Below are positions 39,139 through 52,667 of a stretch of DNA of 64,000 nucleotides, piece by piece. Position 1 is the first letter of the stretch. Each line of letters begins with the position of its first letter. The position numbers and the translations under genes are program-made. The stretch is from Vicugna vicugna. Lineage: Eukaryota. The DNA lies in the NCBI GenBank assembly GCA_013265495.1, contig MU058037.1, forward strand, positions 1,055,498 through 1,119,497. The letters are read 5' to 3'. Under the pieces are notes generated by a model, which made no database searches, was not told the origin of the DNA, and saw only the letters and a program-made list of their open reading frames with translations.

Positions 39139-40231
39139 TGATGTCGATTGTGGTACTTGTCAAGGTATCTGGACCCACTTCGGAGAACTCCTGACATTGT
39201 ATTATCCATTCATAAGAAGAGGGCTCATCCACTGCTTCCATATTCCTTTGGCATTTCATTAATAGTCACCACTATTATGCCATTAGGGATACTTTATGGA
39301 GAAAACCCCATGATCTGCTCTCCCACCAATTGTTTAATGTGTCTCAGGTACTTGCAGTTCAACCTAATTTCTGGCTAATGCCACCTAAATCCCAGGAAGA
39401 TAGAGACACAGAATTAACCAACAACAGCAAGGTGCTCTGGAACTATAAGTCATGATGCAAATATATCCCCATACCTCAGAGATGTTTAGATTAAAAGTTC
39501 TAGTAACTTTTCTCTGAGTAATTTGGTAAAATCTATTTTTAAGTACTCTGAGGCATCTAAAAAGCCACGTAAATACAATTACAGTTCACTGAAAAATTAG
39601 CATGCAATCTAGTTTGAAAGCAAAAATCAGTCATCGCAGGGTAATATTCCATTTAATTATAAAGATTAATTCAACCTTCATTTATTTGTTCATGTGTTTG
39701 GTCTTTTCATTTTTCACAGAACACCCAAGATTCAAATACCATCTGCTAGAATTGCCACACAAGTGTCGGCAGCATCTATGAGACTTGCAGATTTCATCTC
39801 AAAGCAAAATTCATAAAAGACAAAGGGAGGAGGGGAAAAGAGGAAGGTAGAAGCAATAGAGACTCAGTTAAAAATGACGTTTTCCACCAATCTGATGGAA
39901 CTGTATCCTTCTCTCTCCTTTGTTCCCTGCCATACCACCCGCATAAACCGTTCTAAACAACAAGTCCTGCCATCCCCATTTACTGAATTTTCTGAAACAG
40001 CCAGGTGAAGATTCCAGCAGTGTTGTGAATAACAGTGTGAACTCTAATTATGAACTATGTACACCATGTTTTTCAAAATGTATGTTACCTGTTCCTTAAA
40101 ATTTGGCCTTAGTCACAGGGTGATCAAGATTGACCACTTCCTTCACTGTAATATCTGCTCAATATCCCATCTTTTACTGAGTGATTACTAACTGCCAAAG
40201 AAGCACCACAGGCTGGAAAATCTCTTCAAAA

Positions 40232-40580
40232 ATTTTTTTGAGTTACACACAAAGTACACAAATATTAAGTGTACAACTCAAAGACTTGTTTTTAAACATA
40301 CACAAACCTGTGGTAGTGGCTCTGAGATAAGATTTCAAACATTTCTAGTATACAAAGGCTAGCTCGGGTGCCTTTCCAGTTAATAAGGCATCTTCCCGCA
40401 AGATAACCACTATTCTGACCTCTGAACCACAGATGAGTTTTGCCTGTTTTTGAACTTCAAAAAAAAGTGTGTACTTTTGGGTCTGGCTTCTCTCATCTCA
40501 GCATTACATCTATGAAATCCATCTGTGTTCTGTGTGTAGTAGGAGTTGAGATACACAGTTTAACAAACTGTATTCCTGTC
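40232..40580 (-). mobile_element. L1ME-like 3' fragment
   Basis: aagtacacaaatattaagtgtacaactca; ataaccactattctgacctct. Confidence 0.65.
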
Positions 40581-41493
40581 ATCAAGGAGTTCACAGTCAG
40601 TCACAGGTGGAGAATGGGATGCAAAAACAAAAACAGAAGAATGTAGAAGAAAAGATGGGAGGGAAGGGAAAGGACCTGGGAGAAAAGGTCATCTTCAAAG
40701 AGGAGCACTCTGAGCTAAACAGAATCAGTAACAGTAGAAATAACAGCTTTAGCAGTAACAAAAGTAATGTTCTTCGTTAAACCTCTACTGTGTATCAGGT
40801 ACTGGTTGTGAGATTAGAAATGCAGGAATATACCGTAAGCAGCAGACCAGGAACCTTGGACCTTACTCAAAGCCCATGAGATGGAATATGGGCCTTCTGA
40901 GAGATGAGCTCTCAGTTTCAAATCCGGGTCCCCCCAAATTCTGGCAACTTGATCCTGCATTATCTGCTTGTAAGAATATATTATCAGCAACATGTAACTT
41001 TCTGCTGCCATAGCAGACACACATATGGGTAGGACATACATCAGCGTGAGCCACGTGGGTCCATGTACCTTGCTGCTGTCTACCTCTCAGCCAGAGGACC
41101 AGCCTCCATCCCTTCAGACTAAACTCCAGAAGTGAATGGTAGGAGACAGATAAGCCGTCATAATTCAGACCTGGTTATTTATTCTGGGGTGCTTATGGGC
41201 CATATTTTGGAACAAATTTTAGCTCTATTTTGCTCTACCTCTGAAAAGGCAGTCTAGGGAAGCAAAACTGAAAGGCCACCTATACTCAAGTCAAAGCAAT
41301 GAGAAACAGCCAAGGGACAATGTAGGCTGTTTGTCAACAGCAGCCTAAATGTCATCATCAATTATTCATCATTCAACAAAGCCATCAAGTAACCTCTTAC
41401 AAACCCACTCAATTCTTACTCAAGGTTTAGCCCAACAAGAGAAGAAAGCAGCTAGGTGTTGGTCAAAAACTTGAGACTAGAAAAGCTCTAGAT

Positions 41494-41865
41494 CAGGTTG
41501 GCCAGCTATGGCCTGAAAGCCAAATTCCAGCTGCTGCCTGATTTTGTAAATAAAGTTTTATTGACACACACCCATGCCCATTTGTTCACATAATGTCTAT
41601 GGTTGCGTTTGTGCTACAGCAGTAGGTTTGAATAGCTGCGGTAGAGACCACATGGCCTGCAAAGCCCCCAAATCTTTACTATCGGGTCCTTTAAGTGAGA
41701 AGTTTGCCAACTCCTGCCCTACACTATCACTGCTCAAAGTGTGGTCCATGGTCCAGGGACACCAGCCTCACCTGGGAGCTTGCTAGAAATGCAAAATTAC
41801 CAAGAATCTGCATTTTAACAAGGTCCCTGGGAGAGTGGTGTGCACATCCAAGTTTGAGCAGCAAT
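41494..41865. mobile_element. MER58A followed by MER5A
   Basis: ttttgtaaataaagttttattg...tttgccaactcctg; tgctcaaagtgtggtcc...gggagcttgctagaaatgca. Confidence 0.8.
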
Positions 41866-42839
41866 ACTCTAACAGGGCTCTGCTTCTCAAGCTGGGCTGC
41901 TTTTTGGAATCGCCTGAGGAGTTGTTTTGTTTGTTCTGATTTAATACTGATGGCCTGTGTCTGAGCTAACTCCAGGCTGGAAAGTCTGCAAGAGCTTCCA
42001 GCTCCTCCTCACAAGGTCATGTGGCAACCCCACATAGCTCTCACTTTCATTAGATGATGATAGAGGACACTCAAATATAAGCATCCCTTGATCAGGGATG
42101 TGGGGAGAGGAGAGAAGGGGAATGGACTTTCTCTTCTACTCTGTCAGGTTTCCTCATTTCCAAATCGCTCTCTCTGACAAGCTCTTTTTTTGTGAGTAAT
42201 TTTTAATGGAAATCAGAAATGACTTAGGACAACTCATAGGACCTCATTAGAACACATCTTTTTACAAATCTATACAAGCCACTTTGCCAAAACTCAACTT
42301 TGATTTTCAAAAGCCTGGCAGAATAAGCCGAATTATTCCATACACTCATAAATGCATTTTATGACTTAACATCAGAATTAAGCAAAGGCTCTGTTCTGCA
42401 GCCCTAAAGGACACAACCTTGACTCTGCTCTGCTTTGGGACAGGTCCATTCGGCTCATTAGTTTAATCCTTACAAACCCCTGCAAAGAGGCTCTCGTTAG
42501 CCTGCACAGTGACTTCAGCGCTGGCAACACTGAAATATACCTAAGGCAGCAGATTTGTCCCCTTTACCTTAGGCCAGCAAGGACACAGAGTGAGGCATGG
42601 CCTTTTGCAATGCTGAGTCTTTGGCTATAAAGTTCAGGAAGTTGGTGTCAGGAGTATCTATACTGAAATTACATTTATTTTCTAAGGAACTCAAATGTAA
42701 AACGGGGGAAAAATGAAGTGTCTACTGGGAGTGGGTTGGGACCCTTATGACTTAGTCTGGTGCTGGGGCCCTAACACCTAGTAGGTATTTCTTACACCTA
42801 TGCAAAATTCAATTCAATTCAATAATTCAAACAGTTTTG

Positions 42840-42859
42840 TAAGTCAATATATTGACTTA
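42840..42859. repeat. Perfect 20-bp palindrome TAAGTCAATATATTGACTTA
   Basis: Equals its own reverse complement. Confidence 0.95.
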
Positions 42860-43078
42860 TTATTACTGGTGGTTTTACTTATTACTGGTTTTGAGCTAAG
42901 TAAAAAAAAAACCCATCAATAATAGGAAATAATCTATCCAATCAAACAGAAAACAGGGGGGAAAGTTTAATGACACTCAGTGGTCAAGTGTTAAAGAGAG
43001 GGAGCAAAGATAGTTCAAAGTTCTCTACTGTAAACAATGAAAAACTGAACACAGATGAGAGAGGCGAAGGACACAGAT

Positions 43079-43500
43079 TGTAAGTAGGTAATTTGCAAAG
43101 ATGGCTGCCAATAACATCTTCCCTGCCCATGTGCTCATACTGTTCCTCACAGAATATGGACTGGCCTTGTCCCTGGCTCTGACCAAAAGAATGCAGCGTA
43201 AGAAACATTCCGGGACCTCCAAGCCCAGGCCTTAAGAACACTAGCGGTTTCTGCTTCCTCCCTCTTGGAGCCCTTAGCTCCCCCATAAGAGCACCATGCT
43301 GCCCTGCTGGAGAAAGAGGCCACATAAGGAACACTGAGGTGAAAAAGAGTGAAGAAGCCACCTCGGATGTCCAGCCATAGCCGCCATCTGATGGCAACTG
43401 CCTGACAGACTCCAGGTGAGACCAGCAGAAGAGCCACCCAGCTGAGCCCCAGGCAATCCTCAGAATGATGGGAAATAACAGAATACTTGCTGCTTTAAGC
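43079..43500 (+). mobile_element. MLT1F/G-like MaLR LTR
   Basis: tgcaaagatggctgcc, ccaggccttaaga, gagaccagcagaagagccacccagctgagccc. Confidence 0.78.
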
Positions 43501-45109
43501 TCCCGCAGAAGATGAGTCATTCTACCCACATGAAGAAAATTAAAATCTGCTCTCTTCCCTGTGGCAATGGATGGATTCAGAACCAAAACAGCACAAAACC
43601 CCCAAATCCTCTAAGAGGAGGAATCAATCCTTCCACAAAATCTTTTTCAGAAATGCATTTTGTTCATGTGAAATGCCAAGAATTATAATATTTTAAATCA
43701 AAATGAAATTTATTTTACAAAGCTGTCAGCACCTCTATCGGAACACTCTGATCATGCCATTTCTTCCTAGCACTGCTTCCTCCAGTGTTTCCAATCCCAA
43801 ATCTTTACCTTTTCCCAGTTTCTTTTATTCTTTCTTCTCTTGGTATCACGGTGTTTCTCTGGCTCCTAAGTGAGATTCTGTCAGAAGTGGATTTGCTACC
43901 ACGCCCTCTAGCCTGCCTTTACCCAGCTATGCTAGGGTCTAGAAAATGACAACTCTGAACACCAGGTTAAATGCAATTTCTCTCTTCGCCCATTTTCCAC
44001 TATCTGCCTGTCCGGCCCCTGGGTTATTAATGGAACTGACATTCCCGTACAACTGACTGCGCAGGCCCAGCAGCCAGATAAGAAGGGAGCCGCTGACAGA
44101 GGCAGGCACAGGCCCAGAGATAGCAGATAAGCAGACACATCATGGCTATTAGTTTCATCTTGGGCCGAAGAAGAGAAGCAGCATCACAAAATATACACAG
44201 AGATCTCAAATATTCCTAATGGGCTCTTTTCCCATGAAATTAAAAATCAATATATCAAAACTGATTCTTCTTATCAAGCCAAATATGTATTTGTAAGTGA
44301 ATTCCTAACATATTCAATTTGGACTTGGACCAAAAAGGAATAAAGATAGGCCTTAAACCTCCCCTACCCATCCCATGAATAAAGGTAATAAATATTCTCC
44401 ATAATTTTTTAAAAATCAGCCCTCTGCTCTGGGTCTCTGCAATTTCACTCTGAGGCTATCATAGCATTTCCCAATTGCTTTCCAAGTCCTACAACCAACA
44501 AATCCTATAATCCAAAATAACCCCTAATATACACTTGAACACTAAACACTTTTACAGTACCACGTTTAAACTATTGCTGCTTGTTGATATTAACATTTTT
44601 GAATACTCACTATTCTCAGTTTCATCTGTTAACATAGTTCTACTGTTACACATTGTTCAAATTAGTTCTACTCGACATTAGCATTAATTTTTAATGCATG
44701 GCATGGTCATACACCAGTTACATACTTATTTATATTCTTGATGATCAGTGTTGAGAATGCAACACTGCAGAAACTTTCAAAAACCATCGAGTATATATTA
44801 CATGTATACCCACTGACATGAGCTAGTGCCGCTTATAAATGATAATTCACATAAATCTCTCACTCAAATTTCTGCAAATCTGCTTATTACTGAAACTCTG
44901 TATTTCAAGTTGGTAAGGAGTCTCTCTCCTCCCCCATAAGGACAACAAAAGATCAATATATTGCTCATAGGTAGAAAAACTAATTAAGGCACTGATTTAT
45001 AAATTATTCCAAACAGTTTGAGACTAAATAGAAGTCAAACATTAAAGGATATCTTCTTTGCCAGGAAGCAAAGACGCTGTCAGGAACAAATGGAGTCATG
45101 TCAGAAGTC

Positions 45110-46452
45110 CCTAAAGGAAGAGCCTCATGTTGGCCAAAATGGGACAATTTGTACTAAAAGAGAATAATGATTGCAATGAATCTAAACAAATCAACTATAC
45201 AGAATTCCCTGAGTTGATCATGATATTAAAAAAAAACAAACTGCTTTGGTAGCTTTGGAAGTACCAGGACACCAAATCACTGTGAAAATTAATAAATTAA
45301 GACAAAGACACTTACACTGCCTTTCAGCAGTTTGTATCAGTATAAACTGTATGTCAGCATAATCAAGTGGTAGATGAGAGAAAATCCTTTTTTATAGAAA
45401 AATCCCAGCTAATAAATGCAGAAAGAATAATAGAACTGGAAAATCACCAGCTTCAATCCCTAATGAATTCATGTATCTATGCACTATATCAATAACCGCT
45501 TAAACGATTAAAACAGTGGTTTTCAAACCTGGCTACATATCTGCATCTCCTGGGAAACTTTGAATACTGATGCCTGGGTCCCACTCCCAGAGAATCTGAT
45601 GTCATTAGTCTGGGGTGTGGCCTGAGCATTTGGACGTTTTAAGCTCCCCGGGGGTGATGTGAAGGCACAGTCATAAAAAAAAAAAAAAAAGGCTGATGTG
45701 GAAGTTAAAGAGGAAGGAGCAGTCCGACAACACCTGAACGCACTGATCAACCTATTCCGTGGAAGCAGGACAACACAGCGTCCTGTGCCTCTTGGAGGTC
45801 ACACAGGGAGCGCACAGCACTGCCCATCAAGTCTTCTCGCCAAAAGAAAACTGATGAATCTAATCAAACCTCTAGATTTAAGTACCAATTTACAGGAAAA
45901 GCAAGGGACAGAACATGATAAAAACAATAGGATATTAATCGGCCAAATCAACAGTGCTGAAAATTCTACCAATGACACCATTTGTCCAACAAATAAATTT
46001 CATGGATAAAAGGGGAGGGGAGCTCTTAAAAATTTCAAAGCCTTAAAAGATGGACCTATTAACTGCAATATGTATACGTTGCTTAAATACAGATTTGAAC
46101 CATTTAAAAAACAAAAACATCTGTAATTTGAGATAATTACAGAAAATTGTACACAGACAAGATACAAATTAATGAGGTATTGTTGTTAATATTGTTGGGT
46201 GTGTTTAGGGTACTGCGGTTAGTTTTTCTAAATCCTCATCTGTTGAAGATACATAATGAAATGTTTATAGTAAAGTGATTCCTGAGATGAGCTTTAGAAT
46301 TCTCAAGCACAAAAACAGATGGGGTGGGGAGAATATGAAGTCAAATAGCAAATACTGCTCATTGGTGAGGCTGGATGATGAGAACCTGGGGGTTTGTTAT
46401 GTACAGCTTTGCGCACATTTAAAATTTCCATTAACAAAATGTTTAAAAATAT
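45110..46452 (+). mobile_element. L1MC/ME-like 3' region with MER5A insert (~45513-45672)
   Basis: gccaaaatgggacaattt, aatcccagctaataaatgcagaa, aatctaatcaaacctctagat motifs. Confidence 0.7.
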
Positions 46453-47054
46453 TGAACAGAGCCAAAGTTAATAAAAGTCCATTTTGTACCTCCACCTCAA
46501 AGAAACCAATGTAACTGGCATCAGCTTTTCTTTCCCGATTTTAGGAGACTTTCATGGAGCATTACATTCTTTGGTGAGGAAGAAATAAAAGGAAACTTAG
46601 GAAAAAATGAACATGTCATCTTACTGAGTATTTCATCTTTGCTAGTCACTATACATACATTATTTGTTTAAGTCTTCCCAAACACTCTGTGAATACAGTT
46701 CATTTATTCTCATTTCATGGGTGAGGAAACTGAGCCCCCAACCCCAATTGTGCATGTTGCCTATGTGTTTGGTGAAGCCGTGATTCTTAGAAAGCTCTGC
46801 CCAGTGGCCAACGAAGGGAAGCCATGTTAGGTTCTGAGCATACAAGAATAAACCAGCCGGCCACAGTTCCTCCCCTTACAGGGGTCACTTCAATCCAGTA
46901 ATCCATACTTTGCGGGGAGAGTTTTTCAGTTAAAAACACTCTGATGCTATTTCAAAAGTTCAGAGAAGACAGGTAAGATCTCACTATTAGAAATGCTAAA
47001 ATGGTTTGTTATTCTCCTTCCAAGACCATACATGGGGAAGTGGACTAAAAAGGA

Positions 47055-47403
47055 TGAGAGGATGTATGTTACAATTTGGGTGAATCTAGAAGACATTATG
47101 CTAAGCAAAAGAAGCCAGACACAAAAGGTCACATACTGTATGATTCTATTCATATGAAATATTTAGAAGAGGTGAATTCACAGACAGAAGGCAGATTAGT
47201 GGTAGCCTGGGATTGGCGGAAAGAAAGAATGAGGAGGGACTGACAGCTTAATGGGTATGAAGTTTCCTTTGAGGGTTATGACAATGATTTGGAACTAGAT
47301 AGAGGTGGTAGTTTCACAACATTGTGATCGTACCAAATGCCACTGAACTGTACATTTTAAAATGCTTAATTTTATGTTACCTGAATTTTACCTCAATAAA
47401 AAA
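47055..47403 (+). mobile_element. L1MB-like 3' end
   Basis: aagaagccagacacaaaaggtcacatactgtatgattc...aatgccactgaactgtaca...cctcaataaaa. Confidence 0.85.
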
Positions 47404-47599
47404 GGAAAAATGGATGAGCCGCTAGGGAAGGAAAGAACTATGAAACAAAAATGGTAAAGATCGGAAAACTGTTTGGAAGACTCAACAGGATTTCAGTGCT
47501 TCCAGTTGGTTGGGAAGGGAAATTGAGATTTCTGGTTTGGGAGTCCCGTGGAATGATGTAATCTCCACCAAGGACAACAAAGGACCTTAAAAAGAATGG

Positions 47600-49620
47600 G
47601 AGCCCAATGAATGTTCAATTTCACCAAGCTCCCACTTTTTTAACAGAACAGTAAATTAGAAAATCAAGGAATACCCTAAATACAGTGTAACTGGATTCTA
47701 TCAAGGCATTGCTAAATATCTCAAGATCTCTGCAGGCAAAATGGAGAAATCAGACGGTAGTTCCATGAAGTTGTTCAAAGTAGAACAACTGGACTAAAAA
47801 ATCCATGGTTAATGAATTGATAGGTACCTAATAAAAGACCTGCCATTGAGTGGGTTTTCCATGAATCTGCTCAATAGATGAATCTGGAAGGAGTCTCCAC
47901 TGGATGAGCAAATAGGTAGGTTCCGGTTTCATTTTGTGAGCACGCTCATTAGTAACCCAGAAAAAGAATCAACCCAGAAAAAGAATCAAACCAAAAAGCG
48001 GATTTATCAAATTATGAACTAGGTGGAGACAATAGCTGATATACTGAATGACAGACGAGATTTTTAAAGGTCTTTTGAGATGTGATTCTATGGAATTAGT
48101 CCTAAATTTGGGAGGAAAGCATTATACACAAGATGTTTATCACAGTAGTATCAATAATAATACAACCTAGATACCCAACTATGGAGAAATGTTTAAGTAA
48201 TCTGCATAACCACTGGAAGAATACGCAATAACTGAAAATTCTTTTATAAAGACTATGTAGTAATAAGAGAAATATTTAAAATATAAAAAAGAAAAAACAA
48301 AGAAATCAAATTTATATATACAGCATTGTTCAAGTCTACATATAGGGAAAAAATAAAGTAAAACATCAAAATGTTAGCAGTGGTTATGCTTGGGTGCTAG
48401 GACTAGCAATGATTTTTTTTCTTTCTACTTTTATCCTTTACCTTGCAGATTTTCTATAACAAGCAAAGATTTTTGTAGTAAAAATATTAAAACATATAGA
48501 AGATGCAGAAACATATACTTTTTAAAAAGAAGAGCCATGACCAAAGCTAAATAGATTTTTAATAATAAATGTGAAATTCTGGGATGAGGGTTTAAACAAA
48601 ATGCCAAGTTTACGACTGGAGCAACAGGGTTTAACAACAGTTCCTGTGAGATTAAAAAAAAAGATGTAGAAATTAACTGACTGTAAATTTGTTATGAGCC
48701 AACAGTGACACGGCTGAGGGAAAAAGATAGCCATGATATAAACTTCAGATTTCTAATATAATTTGTATGCAAAACAAAGGCAGTAACCATATTCCCATTG
48801 TGCTGTGTGAGTTGGACTATATCTAGAATATTGTGTTCAGCTCTGAACTTGAGCTTTAAAAAAAGATGTTGAAAATCTGGAGAGCAGCCAGCAGGATGAG
48901 GCATCAGAACCACAGCAGAGAACAGTGATTCCCACACTTTGGCTGCATCAGAATCACCCAGAGGGTTTATTAAAACACAAGATTCTCAGGTACCCTCCTA
49001 GAGTTTTTGATTCTACAGCTCTGTAGTGGGGCCAGGAATCTGCATTTCTAGCTAGTTCCTAGGTGATGCCAATGTGGCTGGTCAGAGGACCACACTTACA
49101 GACAGACTTGCACTATGGATAAAAGCACAGATTCTGAAACCAGACTGCCAGGGACTGAGTCCCAGCTCTTCTACCTACTGGCTGTGTGACCTTGAGCAAG
49201 CTTGCTTGCCCTCTCTGTGCTTCAGTTTTCTCATCTGTGAAATGAAATCATTCGACTGACCTCTGAAAGATATGGCATTGAGGTAGTTAATATTTATAAG
49301 GCATTAGAACATCTAGCCTGGTATATAATGTTTGTTAATTTAATGAGGAACACTGGAGACATTTCATCTGAAATAGAAAAACATTTAAACATCTTCATCT
49401 ACTGGAAAGGCTTTTCTGTGAAAGATATATTCCTCACAGTTCCTGGGGACAGACACAGAGTCAGGGGGTGGAAGTGACCAAGATGGAGCCTTTGGATCTG
49501 TATCAAGAGGGCTTTGTAGCTCCTGGAGCAACAATGGAGTGGGTGGCCTGGTGGGGTTCTGAGTTTCTCAGGACTCACTGAAGGCACTCCCCAGGAGAGA
49601 TGGTGAATGGGGATTCCTAT
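47600..49620 (+). mobile_element. L3/CR1 LINE relic interrupted by L1ME (~48080-48540), MER5A (~48923-49100) and MIR (~49110-49340)
   Basis: atgagccaacagtg, atctagaatattgtgttcagctctg, aaatctggagagcagccag CR1-type motifs. Confidence 0.6.
47954..47987. repeat. Perfect 17-bp tandem duplication (aacccagaaaaagaatc x2)
   Basis: Direct reading. Confidence 0.95.
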
Positions 49621-49713
49621 AAGGAGCAAGACAAAGTAGTCACTTAATAAACATTACCTAGTTCTAGCAATACAGCCTTGGCGTAAGGGAACTTTCACCT
49701 GAAATCACCCGGA

Positions 49714-49889
49714 GCTCTCCAAGCGCTGGCCTCAGACCAACAGCATCACCAAGAACTTGTCAGATACGCAAATTCCCAGGCCCCACTTCAGAGCTACTGA
49801 CTCAGAAACTCCGGGGGTGAGGCCTGGCAATCTCTGTTTTAACAAGCCCTCCAGATGGTGCCAGTGCACCTCAAGTGTGAGAACCAGTG
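49714..49889. mobile_element. MER5A MITE
   Basis: cagcatcacc..gaacttgtcagatacgcaaattcccaggcccc...aacaagccctccag...gagaaccagtg. Confidence 0.8.
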
Positions 49890-50384
49890 ACCTATAACAT
49901 TGCCCAAAACAGTATTTCCATGAGGCTCTACCTAGAACACTGAAACTTGATTAAGGTAAACTCACTCCAATAAGGTATCAGATATAATAACATGCCTTTG
50001 ATAAGTATACGCAGCAAACTACTCCTTATACCAAATATTTGCTTTCGTGTTTAAAATGTATATCACAAAGATAATACTGAATTTGTTCAAAACAAGAAAA
50101 TCCAAAATCCACAGAGAAAAGCAATGTACCCCCCCCATCATCCTCTCAGCAGGCACTGCTCACTAAGCAGTACCCTGCAGGGAGTGGGGGGGGGATGCGG
50201 TACCGAGAAGGACAGGATTCCGACACGAAGCACCAAAGCACCTGAGGGGTGAGAAGAACCTCAGAGACTGGGGTCTTATGTCACCTACCTTCCTAACCCT
50301 GAGGAAAACACAATGACCCGGACACACGGAATCTCACTTCCCATCTCCCTCCCCTCCTGCACAGGACAGGGCTGGAAGAAACAG

Positions 50385-50620
50385 CTGAGTACACTTGGAA
50401 AGCCTTTCTCATGCTCCAGGCACTCTTATAAAGACTTTCGGTGTATTAACTCCTTGTAACAAATCTCTTAGGTAGGTACTAATCTTGCCATTTTACAGAT
50501 GTGAAAACTGAGGGTCAGAAAGGCTAAGTAATTTCCAAAAGGTAATACAGCTAATAATGGGTAGTCATAGACTCTGAGTCTAGGCAGTCTTTCTCCAGGG
50601 TCTGGAAGCTTCTTTATTGT
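50385..50620 (-). mobile_element. MIR SINE
   Basis: ccattttacagatgtgaaaactgagggtcagaaaggctaagtaatt. Confidence 0.8.
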
Positions 50621-51473
50621 CTGGGTCAGGAAGGGAGGGGAGACACAAGTGTGAAGGCCACTACTCCAGCCTGTATGTGTGTGTGAGAGAGACAGAGAGA
50701 CATGGCAGGCCAGTGCCAGCCAGCCCAAAATGGCAGCAAGTGTGAGCCAGAAATCCAGAGGGAGTGGGGCGAGCCCAGAGACGGTTTACATGCTGTTTTG
50801 TCATTTCCTGTGCCCATGGGTGAGCACTAGAGAGGATGCAGGAACTGGGGTGACTGCATTCTCAAACAGTGACGCCAACAGGCTTGAATCTGTCACAGGC
50901 AAGGGCACGAGACAGTTTGACAGAAGCCCTTCCCTTCCTTTCTTCTACAAAGCAATTTAAAAGGAATATGTGAGATGAAGCAGGAGTGAAGGTACCCAGG
51001 GAAAGTGACAGCTCGATGCAGAGTTGTTGGGATTACTAAGTAAGGAAGAGCCAGAAGCAGCCATGCCCACAGGCTGCATGGACAAGGGTAGTGACAAGGA
51101 AGAGAGAGGAGGCAGAAGGGGCACTCCCCAAGTCAGCTGTCCCCACACGGGGTGTGTGTGCTCCTTAGAGGCTTCCTCTAGACCCCCGTGACTACTTTGT
51201 GTCTCCACTGCATTAATTAACACTTCTCCCCATCTTCTTGGCATCCGTGTCACTGCTGTGCTCTCCAAGGAGTGTGAAAACCCCTGCAGAAAAGGGACTA
51301 CAACTATCATCTCTGAACCTGCAGCTCCTAGTCCGGCACCTGGCATGCTGTAGGTTCTGGAAATGTTTGTGGAACTGAATTTGCTGAAATAGTGCTAGCA
51401 TCCAGATGCAGTGAAATGGGTTGTCACCTTAAGGCGAGGAAGGATGGGAAAAGCGCACACCCCAAAGGCTGCA

Positions 51474-51780
51474 TCCTAGTTAGGGAGCCCCCGGGGGTAG
51501 ATCTTGGAACAAGGATTCAAGAGCAAGCAGTTCACTTAGGACAGGAAAGAAACACCAAACACCAATAGGGGACTGGGAAGTGAGTGGAGAAAGACAGGCA
51601 GTCAACAAAGGGTATGTGATAAAGCCAACTGTCCATATAAGTGGCTGGAGTTTACCCCACTGAGGACACCCCGGGAGCCTGTGGAGAAACACACTCAAGG
51701 GAGGAGGGGGCTGGGGCACATACACAGCAACTCCCATCAATCACTGGGTTGTACTCATTCCGCAGACCTTTGTGCCCTCT
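51474..51780 (-). mobile_element. LTR16-like ERVL LTR fragment
   Basis: acaaggattcaagagcaagcagtt; acagcaactcccatcaatcactgg. Confidence 0.55.
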
Positions 51781-52100
51781 GTGTGGGCAGCGTAGTGGGC
51801 TCCAGTGGGAAGAGAAAGCTCTTGCGGAAAACATAGGTGCTGGCAGCTGAAGTCAGACAGGTGTGCAGTGAAATGGCAATGGCAAGGAAGTGGGTCCCCC
51901 ACCCACACACCCCCAGCAGATCTGGGGTGGTCCTGAAAAATCTTCTTCTCTAACAATTCCCCAGGTGAGGCTGCTGCTGCTGGTCTAGAAGCACACCCTG
52001 AAAACTACTGGGCTCGGATGTGCGCAGGACACCAACGTGGTTGGTACAGACTAGATACCAGGGGCAAATCCAATGCCTACGGCTGGGTGGAGCATAAAGA

Positions 52101-52667
52101 TAAAGGAAACTGGAATGACACCCCAAAATACACCTCTTTGATATAAAAATTATTTTGAGCTAAAGGCAATTGAGAAGAGGCAGATCCAAAAAAAAAGCTC
52201 CTGCCCTCCTCCAACTTTCCTAAAAGCAGGACATAAATTTTCAAAGTCGTCCTTCCTCTGCTCTCTACCAGGAAGGACAAAAATGGAGTCACTGAGACAA
52301 CTGTAGACCCTACAGGCCTGGAGACACTCACAGAGGAACCTACATAATGAACTCTGCTAATGAGCCTGCATCTACCATTAGTTTCCCACATACTTACATC
52401 CCCACCATCTCCCACCTTTGGAAGTCTAAAACCACTCTCCCTTTGCTTGCCACTTCTCTACAAACTTATTGTTCTCTGTTGAAGATGGCATATAAGCCAG
52501 AGTTCTAAACCACTTCTCTCAGTTACTCATTTCTCTGAGTTTCTCTCACATATGCATGAGATATGCATGTTAATGAACTTCTGCTTTTCTTTTGTTAATC
52601 TACCTTTTGTTACATGGACTCCAGTCAAGAACTTAGAAGGACAGAAGGTTTTATTTCCTCTCCAACA
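52101..52667 (+). mobile_element. ERV1 (MER34-like) solo LTR
   Basis: caccccaaaatacacctctttg...attattttgagctaaaggcaattgagaa...gaagatggcatataagc...tttcctctccaaca. Confidence 0.78.

Noticed and set aside
42984..43586. 200-aa ORF and overlapping ORFs
   Set aside because: Antisense reading of an MLT1 LTR; no domain
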